Assembly (NCBI GenBank): GCA_002633005.1
Contig: NMRA01000013.1
Span: forward strand, 380,490-444,489
Reading direction: 5' to 3'
Origin: Phoronis australis
Lineage: Eukaryota > Animalia > Phoronida
DNA: 64,000 nt
In this document: piece after piece, positions 1 to 11,895 of the stretch
Layout of the letters: every line of letters begins with the position of its first letter
Numbering within the stretch: position 1 is the first letter of the stretch
Notes under the pieces: model-generated
Told to the model about the DNA's origin: nothing
What the model saw: only the letters and a program-made list of their open reading frames with translations
Database searches by the model: none
Made by a program: the position numbers and the translations under genes

Positions 1-954
1 GCAAAGCACGATTAGATGCGCATGGCACCGAATGGTGAACCCCCCTCCCGCCCAGGAAAATTTTTCTGTTTTTTCCTCTAAAAATCGAGCATTTTCCTTG
101 ATTCCTGAAGTATTATCCAAGAAAAAAGGCAAAGAAAAAAAAAAAAACACGGCGAACGTGTCAAACATGAAAAAGTACAATTATCACAGACTCGAACTCA
201 CGACCTGGCGGAAAGCGATAGTGTACACGTACTTTACCACTACACCACCACGACTTCACACAAAATATAATGATGAGAGACCTACTTGGTTATGGTCCAC
301 AGCGTTTGCGCGCGAAATCTACTTCTTTTTGTAATGCTTATTACACTTTTTATACTTTGTGCAATCAGTTCGTAACAAATTTGTTGTATTTAGAATAGTC
401 TTTAGTTGCCCAAAAGACCAAATCCGTTTTTTGTGTTGGCACTAATGACGCGATTGCTTTGGAAATCGTATTAAGCTAAGGTTTGACAAAGAGATAATTA
501 TGAGTTTCTGAGTGATTCACTGAGGCTTCGATTAAAATTCACATCTTACCAGCAGCTTCTGTCTTTTCATCGTCACTTAGATTCCATTTTCTTTAAAAAA
601 ATGAAGTTCTGTAATTTTCTTTATTGCACAGTGAAGCAGACGACGGAAACGGAGTCGTAGTGTGCAGCGGCACTGCCGGTCGCCTGGGATATCGCGGGAG
701 AGCCTATACTAAGCCATAGTTTTGTTACCATTGAGCCGTGTTCCGAATTTGACACTTGAAATTGGATCTGAGCCCCCCTCCCCCCCCAAACGCACTAAAA
801 CTGCGCACATTAATATCTTGTTTCCGCCGTATAATGTTAATCACCGGGGTTAATTAATTAACTCAACATTTCCCTACGCTCTTGCTGTTTTATTTTTTCC
901 GGCAGCCAGGGGGGAAGGGGGCCGGGCCCCCTGCCCCCCCCCAATCCGCTTATG
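1..954. mobile_element. Right part of a non-autonomous DNA transposon (G/C-rich TIR ending ...CCCCAATCCGCTTATG), left end outside the window
   Basis: The terminus at ~905-954 has the same poly-C + ATCCGC..TG style as the MITE ends elsewhere in the window. The partner TIR is not visible. Confidence 0.4.
186..252 (-). other. tRNA-derived (Pol III A/B-box) fragment, not an intact tRNA
   Basis: The minus strand reads GGTGGTGTAGTGGT (A box) ... GAGTTCGAGTC (B box) at tRNA-like spacing. No clean acceptor stem. Confidence 0.45.
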
Positions 955-1108
955 ACCAGGGTGGTAATGCCTTCCAGATTATACTAATAAGCACCTGCAG
1001 AAGCTTTCCGTTTATCGTGCAGTCGTCGCAACGTTTCAACGCTTTGTACTATGTATTGCTTTTGTACAGGACTCAAAACAGGCACTGTGCATGTACATGT
1101 ATTTTCAG

Positions 1109-1271
1109 GTTGGTATATGCGCTGGGAATGGTATAAAGACGAACGCAGTCATTACCCAAATGGACGACCCCATAGGAATGAAAATTGGAAACTCTTTGGA
1201 AATAATAGAAACCATTGAGTGCCTTCGAGGCAAAGGACCTTCTGATGTTCTGGAGTTAGTTTCTGTCTTAG
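1109..1271 (+). CDS. TYMP: Thymidine phosphorylase, internal exon (upstream exons lie outside the window)
   Basis: ttttcag| acceptor and |gtaag donor. Encodes VGICAGNGIKTNAVITQMDDPIGMKIGNSLEIIETIECLRGKGPSDVLELVSVL, matching the TxMDxPxGxxxGNxLExxE motif of pyrimidine-nucleoside phosphorylases. Confidence 0.95.
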
Positions 1272-2486
1272 GTAAGAAGTGTTTATTGTTTCGACCAATT
1301 CCGTACTGTATGTGTGACTAATCAAATTAACAACGGCAGAAAAAGTTTACTAGATTTGTGTTTATTGTTTTTTGTTGCGTTGACATGTACAACACATGAA
1401 CATGGTGACTGTATATTGCTACAATCCTCATCAATGCATCCCTAGAGGCATTCGACATTTGCAACAACCCTGGTGGCCACGTTGGGTTAATTTTTCAAGT
1501 TCCCCATTCTTCACTCTAAAGCTCCTACCCGCAGACTCTACACGGTAGTTAGCATGTAAGACTCGTTCCTCTCCAGCAGACTCAGTCGGCTTCATGGACG
1601 CAAGTTGCCCTACTTGGTACATGAAAAGTTGGGAAAAGATTTTGCGCAGCGCGGCGCTTTATTTGGCTGCTAAATAACACCGGACAGCGAAGTACGCAGA
1701 GTTCGATCATGAAGGTGCTGACGAGGCGTTGCGATATTAAGAGAGCGGAAATGATATTGACGAGGTAACAACAAGTGGTGGAGACAACACAAGACATCGA
1801 TCCCACACGGTAAAGTTCCCCAGAAGCGTACCATTTTACTCCATACACACACCCTGGAAAATGTTCCATACCCGGTGACCTACCTGCAGTGTGGCGAAGT
1901 TTAGGGGTACTAGTCAGGTGATTTGTACACGTGGATTCATGTTTGCTAACTGCTCCTGGAATGAATTCGAAGATTAAGGGATGGTAGCTGGAACTTGAGG
2001 GCCGTCACGGAATTGTTGGCTACTCCTTGACAAATATGAGCCCCCTGTTGGGAGAGTCAGCCTTAGTTGCTTAGTTTCTTGATGTCAATTTAACGACCAA
2101 TCATGAGTTAGAAGTGACTGGAATGGGCTTGAACTTAGATGGGTAAGATGATTTGGAAGACCAGACTGATTTGGTCAGATTTTTCACCATGCTGAGCTAC
2201 GATGTGAGTTGTAGTCTATGGGTAATATCTCATTATTATTTTTGCGAGACAAGCATTTATTCAATTGCACTCAAAGATTTTAATTATTGTTTTGCTTTTT
2301 GGATGACTTTCTTGGGATACTAAAATAGTTGTGCAACTGCACATGTGCTGCAGCCAAAACGAAAGTGTTTTGCTGGAGTGACGTATTTGGCCACTGGAAA
2401 TATATAGACGGTTTCTGACGTGACGTGTTTGTAGGACCAGTATGACATACATGTAAAATCTTAGTAGATAGTAATGAATAATGTTC

Positions 2487-3190
2487 TTTATCCCATGCGC
2501 TTGGAATCAGTTGAGTGCAATAGGGCCATGGGATATTGATTTCCGTATTCCCCTCCCGACTACTTCTACAGTGCCCTCTGACATGAAAGTTCAAAAGGTA
2601 CGTAGGTCCATGTCGACTCGACGTCTTTAGCTGGTTCGAACATCAAACGTTTCAAAATAGTTTAAAGTAATACAATTCCAGCTGTATAAATAACACTTAA
2701 CATGCAATACGTCCCAAATGTAACATCTGGAACAAAATTGTTCATTACATGACACTTCTGTCTCACTTTTCAATTGCTAAATATTACATCGTCTGCAACT
2801 GAGACACCGATTCTTCGGTAACTACAATATGTCGAGTATTGTTGTTATTTAATTATTTTCAGGAAATGTTACACGTTCAAAGGCACAATTACCGTTGTTT
2901 TTATCTTTTGTTATCTCTTTTCAAGTAATAAATCGTTACATATAAAACTGGGTTTTTTACTAGAAAAACATGTAACCTAACGCGTAAGTACTTACTTCGC
3001 CACGTGAACAATCTGGGTGAAGTATTAAAACAATCTGGCGAAAAATGAAAGAAACTTATGACTTCTAAGCGTTCGGTATAAATACAAAACCCACCTCGAT
3101 TGGTGAAGTTCGGTCGATACGCAGAATAATACCTCGTGAGTTATTACTTCTTCTACACCACTCTCGGTACGTTTTGTGTATGTCTTTAAG
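2487..3190 (-). mobile_element. Old non-autonomous repeat (TTTATCCCATAC-type terminus, possibly Crypton-like); inverted homolog of 17820-18533
   Basis: By eye it aligns over ~700 bp to the reverse complement of 17820-18533 (e.g. GGGGAATACrGAAA, TTGCACTCrACTGATTC, TCGGTCGATACGCA, CACTCTCGGTAC). The family assignment is inference. Confidence 0.65.
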
Positions 3191-3878
3191 TGTTGCACTG
3201 AAAAATTTGCTTTGCAGTTTGCAACTAGAATACTTCATCACTATGCCATAGACCCTTTTCACGCCGACATGAGGCGCGTTCCAAAACGAGGTTCGCAACG
3301 ATAGCTCTGGTGGCTTATCCGCGCAGTTGTACTTCGCGTTGCTCGAACAGCTAGAAAAAATACGGACACTCATGACAATTGTCTGTTTTACAATCCCTAA
3401 GGACGTTGGGATTCGGAATCGTTGGGTCCTTGCCATACGCCGCGACGAAGGAAAATATCATTTTGTCCGTGTAAAATTTATAACTGTTTTGCAATCATAA
3501 TTTGTCGCATCTCGGTTGCCGCCATAGCATCGAGAACCGGATAATCTTCGGCCAGCGAGGCTGCGTTTTCATGACTATGGGTTGAAGCGCGATGCATTTT
3601 TCTTTACAAAACGGACAGGGCACTCAATCCCTCAATTTTGGGGCCTAATATCGGCCCTATTCCCCTCTCAAAAATATTGAAAAATCACGCGAAATTCCCG
3701 GCCCCACGAGGCCTAAGAATTCCCTTAGTGATTGAAAATTTCTCTCCAACGGTTCTAATCACCTGTGACCACAGAGGTGACAATTTGAAAAAGTACAAAA
3801 ACATAGGTGAATTTAAGGGGGCGCCCCCCCCACTTGACTGCCGCAAGCAAGGCAGCAAAATGTGAAGCGGGAGGAAAT

Positions 3879-4094
3879 CAGTGGCTGAGTTCGAGCTAGG
3901 ACCGGTAGCGGACGAGGGGGAAAAACACGTTCCGTTTTATTTTTATAGTCCAACGACAGATTTCCTGAGCAGAAGGTATACATCCTTGGCGCCCGCAACT
4001 TCCGGGCCGCCTGCGTGCGTACAATCGAGCTTTGCCCGCTTCTCCGAGGATGTTGCCCCCCCCCCCGAGTCATGGTATCCTAGATCAGCCACTG
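3879..4094. mobile_element. MITE (CAGTGGCTGA...TCAGCCACTG) nested in the THAP element
   Basis: 10-bp perfect TIR. Flanks GAAAT/AAAAT give a 5-bp TSD with one mismatch. Confidence 0.75.
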
Positions 4095-4287
4095 AAAATG
4101 CTACTTGAGACAGAGCTATGAGAGATTGCAACAAGGCGGGGTGCTATTGATGATGATCGGGAGGTCAGCAGATTTTTCACTGACCCGTCACTCGGTGAAA
4201 CGTTCCCCTCTCAGAGGCCGCACACTGGCACCTTTGCCCTCGGATTTGAACAAGGCCTCTGAAGAAACATGATAACTATGCTTGTTC

Positions 4288-4444
4288 CAGGGGGGATCCA
4301 GGACTTTGAGTTAGGGGGGGGGCAAGGCAGAGTATTACCCAGGACTTTGTCCGTCAGACATTCGCACTCCTGAACTGCCAAATGGAATCTGGGAGAATTT
4401 TAGGGGGGCATGCCCCCCTTGGCTCCCTTCTAAATCCGCCACTG
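4288..4444 (-). mobile_element. MITE family A (CAGTGGCGGAT.../...GGATCCGCCCCTG)
   Basis: TIRs with a perfect 5-bp TSD TGTTC (4283-4287, 4445-4449). Reverse-complement homolog of 45131-45288. Confidence 0.85.
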
Positions 4445-5487
4445 TGTTCTGCTCAGTTAACTGAAATTGAGCTCTGAAACGAGGTTATGCTGTGGACGAA
4501 AGAATTAGGTGTTTTAATTTTAAAATTCAACTTGGTCGAGATTGATATTTGAAAAATATAATACATGAAATAGACGTAATTATTAAACCCAAGAAAGCAG
4601 AATTGATGGTCATATAATTTTAGTTTCAATTGCGAGCCTGGATTTTTATCGTAATCAAAATATATATTTAATAACATCAAGTATTATTTCAGATCAATGA
4701 CAAATCAACTGTTAGTCCCGGTAGTCCCTACCTACCAGGACCTAGGCTATGCTTGAAGCTAATAGGCCTACTCTTGATCAACAAATTAAACCAGATATGA
4801 CTAATGCACATGACAGCAAAATGCTATGAGCCACCGCTGTCGAATATATCTTCAACTCGTCAACAATACTACCAGATGACCTGGTTCGTGTAGACGGCAT
4901 TTTTATCAAGAATTTATTAGAAGAAATGTAACCCTGCATTCAGCATGATACCTAATCCGTAACACTACGATCACCGCAATTTGGTCATGTTTACTTTTCA
5001 TGTTTCGAACCTAGTTTTCCGAAAAAAAATATATCCTTTCGTCAGACAACTCTTTGGTGCATTGACTTGTTATTTAACTGTATTTTTCTACGTCTCTGTG
5101 GTCAATTATTGACACATTTTTTAAGATTTAATATTCAAGTTGGACTCCAAAGACCGGTCATTTAACTCACGCAATGTAAATTTCCGCTTTGTTTATCGCA
5201 GTGAGCCTCGCTTTGGATTTTAATGTCAGCCGCGTGAATTAGGTTTATAAGGTGGCTTCTGTAGTTCGAGGTTGGTTGTCATTCCATCCTTAGTTACCCT
5301 TGCAAATTGAGCATACTTTGACAAATTTGTTCAAGACTTTTGCAAACATAATGTAGTCAATATCTATTATTTGGGTAGCAATGGCTTTTTGTAATACCGT
5401 AATGAATGAAAGCCTGAACATTGCGACACTCCTTGGTGAACGGATTTAACGCGTCTAATTGCGTTCGTGTCTCGTTGCTTTTTTAAG

Positions 5488-5712
5488 GTGGGCACCTCTT
5501 AAGTCTTGTCGGAAAAGCCGAAAATGAGCACATTGGTGCGCAAAAGATTCGGGATGCCATTTGCAGTGGGAAAGCGATGGAAAAGTTTCGCGCCATGCTG
5601 AAGGCGCAGGGTGTTGACCCGAGCACAGCCGATAAGTTGTGTGATTTTAATGACGTAGCCAGCATATTGAGGCCAGCAAAGTTTGTTACATCGTTGAAAA
5701 GCAAGGAAAATG
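5488..5712 (+). CDS. TYMP: Thymidine phosphorylase, internal exon
   Basis: ttttaag| ... |gtgag, phase 1/1 compatible with the neighbouring exons. Encodes (G)GHLLSLVGKAENEHIGAQKIRDAICSGKAMEKFRAMLKAQGVDPSTADKLCDFNDVASILRPAKFVTSLKSKEN, including the GxAxxKFxxMxxAQG motif. Confidence 0.95.
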
Positions 5713-6833
5713 GTGAGTTACTATGCGAAAGTATCCGATGGTGAAAACTCTTTCGAGAAAACGCTGTAGTTTTACGTCGAATTACAAACAGTTGGTTTCA
5801 AAATAATCTGGAGAAGTCAAAATTTGACGTATATTAGCCAATTGCATTAATACAAAAGTAGCGGCTGTGTGCCTGATTCGTTTTATCGAATTTCGTCCTG
5901 CTTTGCCTGATCGAAATCGTGACAAGTTTGCTTTTGGTAGGCGAAACTTCGCTTGTGTAAGTTCAGTCGATGTCCTACCAGTTTGTTGACCGTTGGGTGT
6001 TTGATACATTCGTTGTTAAATTGCTCCTCACGTCATTCTTCTGGAAATTACAACCCACCAACACTGTGTCGATATGGAGTGTGACGTCACTATACTCGGG
6101 TATTCAGGAGATTCCGCCACTTATCTGTGGAACATTACATTAGGTCAAAAGTTTAATTGGGAAATCACCTGTTCAACTCCTTCAGAGCATACGTGGCTAT
6201 TATGCATGTGCTTTGGGTCTTATTTATTATTTTTTTGATTTATTATTTTTTTGAAAATTTCCTGTTTGGACAAATACTAAGTGAATTGGCCAAAGCCACA
6301 TTAATGGTCTAGGCTTCGGAGTAGGCCAGTTGCTAGGGGCGTGACGTAATCACTTTCCGTTTCTATATTCGAGCTTATACAAGTGGCTTCTGCGATTCTT
6401 GACTTTGGTCACGAAATGCAGACCGATGTACATGTACGCGAGCAGGAAGAGAAATTGTTCTAGCTATACACTTGTTATTTTAACCTTATTGATGTAGTTG
6501 CAACGTCTCCAATGCGTTCCGTTGATGCGGTAACCTCGCAACAACTCTAGGTCACGTCAAACTTCGCGAGGTATTGCCATGAACTACAAGAGAAGCACGT
6601 GATCACACTCGCTCCACTCGCTAGATTCTTGGGTATACAGAACTCATCCCAGGTTGATGCGTACTCAGATGGACGATGTTTGTCGGGCTTTTTTGTAGTA
6701 TTACATCTGAAGATGACGTACTAAGTCCTCTTACACAGCGTCATCTATTGCAGGCTAATTGGCTACAATGAGTTGATGAATGAGGCAAAATTAAGGCCTC
6801 CTTTCATAACTTTTGTTTTGTTTGCACATTCAG

Positions 6834-6974
6834 GTTTTATTCACGCAATCGACTGTATGCCACTTGCAAGAGTGTCGTGCGAACTGGGCGCAGGTCGTAA
6901 AAAGGCGGGGGAATCAGTCAACCACGCAGTTGGCCTGGAACTTGAGCTTCATGTGGGATCACAAGTGAAGAAAG
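6834..6974 (+). CDS. TYMP: Thymidine phosphorylase, internal exon
   Basis: attcag| ... |gtgag. Encodes (G)FIHAIDCMPLARVSCELGAGRKKAGESVNHAVGLELELHVGSQVKK, including the LGAGR...VG C-terminal domain motif. Confidence 0.95.
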
Positions 6975-9247
6975 GTGAGATACTTGACTTGTTCTGGGAA
7001 TCGGCTTGTCTATGCTGAAGCTTATGTAAAAATGTCCCATCCAAAGGAAATGCCTGGGAATGGGAGCGCTTTCTTTTTCAAAATTTATTTTTTTTACTGA
7101 AGACACCTTCGCCTTAACGACTTTTATACCCAAAATAATTGCATTGCTTCCCTGCCTTGTTGTCCTGCGCATCGAAGACATGATTGTGTTGGATATTTTG
7201 GACAGCATCACGTCTGCTGGGGAGTACATGATGTAAATTTGCTTGAAAATATCCGTGGGAAGACTGTCTTTCACATCTCCTTCAGGCGCCACCGCTTTAT
7301 TACCCCTCCACCCGATCGCCTTAGTGAGTGGTTTATCTCTTTTCTGAGTTTATCCTCGGACGTTCTCATCGTCGATGTACTTGGCAGGTTTAATATAATA
7401 GCTTAGAGCTATCAGGAAGACATTACCAGTACAGACCAGTTGGCAAATCAACAATTTTTGGCTATAATCCAAAAAGATGCAGAACTTCAGCTTAATGGGG
7501 CTATTCGGAGAATTCTCCTCGCGGTGTCGCTGCTGTACTAGTGGTGATTGAATTGCGCATGCGTGGCTGTCTGCATGTAAACAACTGGTAAAAGATGGAA
7601 TTTTTATCAAAATACGTCGTCGCGCTAAGCCTTATTACTGCTAATTTCCCTGGTGCAAGTCTTCGACAGGTGGCCACAAATTCCCAAAAGACCTAAGGTT
7701 ACTATATTCGTGGACAATTGCGGTCAACAGGGTCAACTAACTGACAAAAAGTGTGTGGATGCTGAAGCCCCGTGTGTGCTNATACCCACTCCGGTATTCC
7801 ATAACGTATTTGCATGGAACTTCCTCCTCACGACACAAATGCCCCATAGATTGTGGCCACCAAACTCCAGTCCCGGGAACTAAACGTCAGATGAAAAAGC
7901 CCCCCCCCGTCCCGCTGTATGATCGGATCCACAAGTATCTCCCAGGTTTGCAAAGCACCTTCTCAGTCAGTGACATAGTAAAATAGGTTTGTTTGTGACT
8001 TCAAATAAGTTTATCACCGACTTCATTGGTGACGCCCAATCACGACCTTTTCAGATCAGTGTATGTTTCCCTGTCTCCACCATTCCTCCTCATCGTTTGC
8101 CCCTAACCTCCCTCATTCCCCACCTTTTAATCTGTTTCTGATCGCTGCTCATTCCACCATCGCCGTGATTTACGCGCCTCAATAATTTGTTCGCGGTTCT
8201 CGACAACCTAAGAAAATGCAAACAAATACGCAGGCGTGAGGTCTAGGCTGAATGGCTCCGCGGCGCAACTGTGGTTTCATCGACGAGGCGCTGGAACGTC
8301 AGTCACCGAGATCGTCAAAAACCCCTTCTCATCCTCAACATGGACAGATTTATTTGGACAGGGGCAAATGCCCCGATCGGCACCGGCGTTTCGCCACCAT
8401 CCCTTTCGCCATTCTAATGCACGTTACATTTCAGCGTCCCGGTTCAGGTTACGTCACTGTTGCGCCTGACCCCCGTCTGCCGCGCGTTTTCGGCTGTCAT
8501 GTACAATGAGGAAATTGACTACAGCGCTGTTTTCAATAAGATATTTCAGTGATGGTTTTAGTCCTTAGCCGCGCGAGATCGAACTTGGCATTGCTCTACA
8601 GTTCTATACTTCGATAATACGTTTTACACACGTCAGTGGTATCTAGCGGTAGACATAGAAGGTCGATGCTATAGGAAAAGTCTGGGATTCATGTAGGTGT
8701 CTTTTGTAAACATGTCACATCCAAAGCACACCAGCACCGCTAATGTGCGATCATCAGGTACCAAATTCATGGTGTTATTTTGTAGATAACGACTTCAACA
8801 TAAAATCTCAATGCTTGGATGGTTGACAGCTTGAACAATTTCTTTTTAATACATTTGAAAACATGTTAAAGTGCACTTAGAAGTTGCCCCTTACTCGTAA
8901 TGTCTTTCTGAACTTATTTCTTGTCTGTCGATCCTAAAAAGCCAAAGCATTAACCCATTCTGAAGTAAAGCTGTATGGCCTTCTGTCAAGAAACTAAATT
9001 TTGCTATAGAACACTCCATGGCTGGACAACAACTTAAAGCTGCCGAACTCAGGGGCATATTTCTTAACTTCTAAACACGGCTCACGAGCACGAAAAAGTC
9101 AGTTTAACGCCTCACAAATTCGTATTTGTTGGACTCATAAACGTCGTTCACGGACTTCCATGTTCGTGTAGGTTGCGGTCAGTGAGCTGTGTTTGTTAGT
9201 TGGTGAATTGTGGGTTTAACTGTTGATGTTTGTTATGGTTGGTGAAC

Positions 9248-9496
9248 GTAAATTACGTGCGTAAATTAACTTCAGTTACGCCGTAAATAATTGATTTACG
9301 TCGTAACTTATTAATTCACGCCGTTAAAAGTTAATTCACGCCACAAATAATTAATTTAATCCGTTAAAAGTTAATTTACGCTGCAAATAAGTAAATTACG
9401 CCTTTAGAAGTTAATTTACGAAGTAAAATAATTAGTTTACGCAGTTAATAAGTAACTTACGCCACTTACAAGAATTAATTCACGCACGTAATTTAC
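9248..9496. repeat. ~19-22-bp degenerate minisatellite enclosed by ~25-bp inverted repeats
   Basis: About 10 units of consensus AGTTAATTTACGCCGTAAATA lie between GTAAATTACGTGCGTAAATTAA and TTAATTCACGCACGTAATTTAC. Confidence 0.8.
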
Positions 9497-10638
9497 ATGG
9501 GTAACTTTCATCTGTTTGGCCAACGATAGTTTGTGGCCCCGTCAACGTCGTTGTTGATCGATGAGCCGTGTTTGTGTTGTTTGTGAGCCGATGAGGTGGG
9601 TACCTCGGGCCCAAGACCTGTGTTTATGAATGGGAACTATTATCATGTGTGCCACAGACGCGTTGTTTCCACCTCTCGTACTTAGATCCTGAGAACAACC
9701 CCAACTTCTTCCTGCTCAAACTGGAGATAATTCATCACCTTTGAAAGGCGCCTGACTGAGTTCGTTACTGATGTTTCGACTAAGCTCATGGAGTGGGCTT
9801 TGGGTCCTGTGGCATGTCGTACCTAGCTCTCTTCCTATTACTAGTATTTCCGAGCTCTTTTTAAGCCCAGAAACCACTTCTGTTTTTGATACTGGAGCAT
9901 GTTGACGCCCGTGGTTTAAGCCACAATTAAGTGCATGGGTTTGGCCTATAGCAGCTTTAACATGGCCCATCTCAATCGTTACCAAACACCTCTGGTACTG
10001 GAGATTTTCCAAGGTATCCGACAATAGGAGAAATTAAGGTTGCTTGATGACAGCACTGTAAAATGACTGATCGGGGACTTTGGACTCCTCCGAGTCCTCA
10101 CCTGGGAGTGTGGGCTACCAACTAAACCCCAGACGTGGGGTCTTTCCGAAAGAAAGTTTGAAAAATTATTAGCCTTAAGCAGAGCTCTTTCCGAGTTACT
10201 TTGCATGTCTGTTGCTTTTGGAAAGTATGCACACCAGGTGACACTCCCTTAGAATAGATATACGGGGTGTGCCTCTGAGAAGGGTGACAAAACTCCAACA
10301 GATATTCCAAAATTCTTTGAGATAATTTTTGGCTCAATTGATGCAGTGGTGTTGTCGAGTCAAATCAGGTCCTTTGTAAAATATGAACTTTGACAACATG
10401 GAATCGTACAACAATCATATGCAGTAAAGCGTCCCGACGTTACCCTTGAAGGAAATGCTTTGTTCTCTGTCGAACCTACAGTACACTGTAGTTCTTCAAC
10501 CTTAAGTACTAGTAGCCGATTTGAAGTTTGACTGAAGTCATTATTTCAAACAATTTACCATGTGCCGTCGACGAACTGCAGTTTTCAGGCTCTCTCTGAT
10601 TTGAATAAAACGTGATAAAATGTGTTTGCTCCATTCAG

Positions 10639-10787
10639 GAGAGGTATGGATACGAGCTCACCATGACGATCCACAGCTATCCAGCGACCACATCAACCAA
10701 GTACAGGAGGCGCTAGTGGTCAAGACTGAAAAGTGTGATGCGAAATCGCGAATAATTGAAGTTGTGAAAGGATCAAAAGCCTTGTAA
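10639..10787 (+). CDS. TYMP: Thymidine phosphorylase, terminal coding exon
   Basis: ccattcag| acceptor, phase compatible. Encodes (G)EVWIRAHHDDPQLSSDHINQVQEALVVKTEKCDAKSRIIEVVKGSKAL*, resembling the metazoan TYMP C-terminus. TAA at 10785-10787; candidate AATAAA at 12026-12031. Confidence 0.9.
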
Positions 10788-11637
10788 AGACACTGCATGT
10801 GGAATGAATTTTGTGGGTCTTAGAGGACTCGACTTGGGCGACTGGGCCGCACGTCTCCCCTTTCAATTCAGTCAGGTGGTTTTCCCCCGCCCCCCCCCCC
10901 CTCCGCTTCACAACATTCAGGGTACTGCGTGTTTTCAGGTTGACATTAAGTATGTTATGATTTGTGTATGTTGGTAGCAAGTTCTGTTGAAGGAAACTCT
11001 GGCCTCTTTCGGTTGTGTTTTTGCAATGAGTACCGGCAAGGTGTATCCCACGGGAAACGTAGGTAGAAATCTGTTCGCATAGAGATTGGCACTGAGACTG
11101 GCTGATCCAATGTTCACTTTGTTTTTCTTTATTATAGTAGAGATAATGAAAAGCATTTGTCAGTAACCGACTGATGTGCGCCCAAGGTACGATATCCATG
11201 CGACCTGTCAACAATGAGTGCGTGTCATTACGACGTATGAAAGGACTTAGAATCGGTAGAATCCAGTGTTTTAATTGTAGTCAATAACACTGACATTTCG
11301 CTGTAGGAATATATTAATACCGGTGAAAGTACTAATGTTGCACTCAGGGACCTGGTAATCATGACGGGTTATTTGCAGAGGTGGAACAACACTTGTTGAA
11401 AAAGTATCAAGACACATGCGCGCACACGACCTTTGAATTATCCGCACGAACATTGAATCATCCTCACGTTTCATTAGCACTCTTCGTTGACTTAGTAATG
11501 AGGGGTCGCTTGTTTTGTTTTTCGTTCAAGGAATTGTGTATCTTATGTGTGGAAGAAGCACTGTGGGTGTACCTGTATTGCCTATTCACGGTACTACGTG
11601 TTTCTTTGGGAATGGTTTGCATTAACTCTGGTTACTG

Positions 11638-11895
11638 CATGCGCGCACCCAGCCTAAAAATAGTTGCTCGAATTTTTGAGAATGTGGACCTTTTACTCGG
11701 ATTCACAGGGTACGTTCAGAGTTATGAATTAGCTATTCGCCGAAATTTGGTAGTTCCTGACTTTTTAGTGGACTTTTTATCTCGTTTTCTATTCTTTTCG
11801 GATTTTGTGTTTCTCTGAAACGGACCTTTTTGGTCACTTCGCTAAATGGGAGGCTCGTTCGAGCCCCTTCAGCCCCCCCCCCGGGTGCGCACATG
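11638..11895 (-). mobile_element. MITE family B (CATGCGCGCACCC...GGGTGCGCGCATG)
   Basis: 13-bp TIR with one mismatch. Homologous, in the opposite orientation, to 21503-21741 and 44385-44607. Confidence 0.85.

Larger units (their letters stand above)
3250..5246 (+). mobile_element. ISL2EU/Harbinger-like non-autonomous DNA transposon carrying a decayed THAP domain
   Basis: Imperfect ~55-bp TIRs (AGACCCTTTTCACGCCGAC...TCCAAAACGAGGTTCGCAACGATA vs the reverse complement of 5190-5246), with AT on both flanks. ~3325-3470 translates to C-TSR-CSN...FTIPKDVGIRNRWVLAIRRDEGKYHF (THAP motif) with stops and a frameshift. Confidence 0.65.

Noticed and set aside
186-252. Functional tRNA genes (also 38660-38730)
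   Set aside because: A/B boxes are present but the cloverleaf stems do not pair, so these are reported only as tRNA-derived fragments.
1430-2220. Coding-like composition in TYMP introns (also ~7020-8500 and ~9650-10450)
   Set aside because: No recognisable protein motif in any frame. Probably old TE debris, left unannotated.
9248-9496. CRISPR-like array
   Set aside because: The units are contiguous degenerate tandem repeats with no unique spacers, the context is a eukaryotic intron, and there are no cas genes.
10720-11818. Longer ORFs in the ORF track (164 aa, 145 aa)
   Set aside because: They overlap the TYMP terminal exon or 3' region and a MITE, and show no domain features, so they are treated as chance ORFs.
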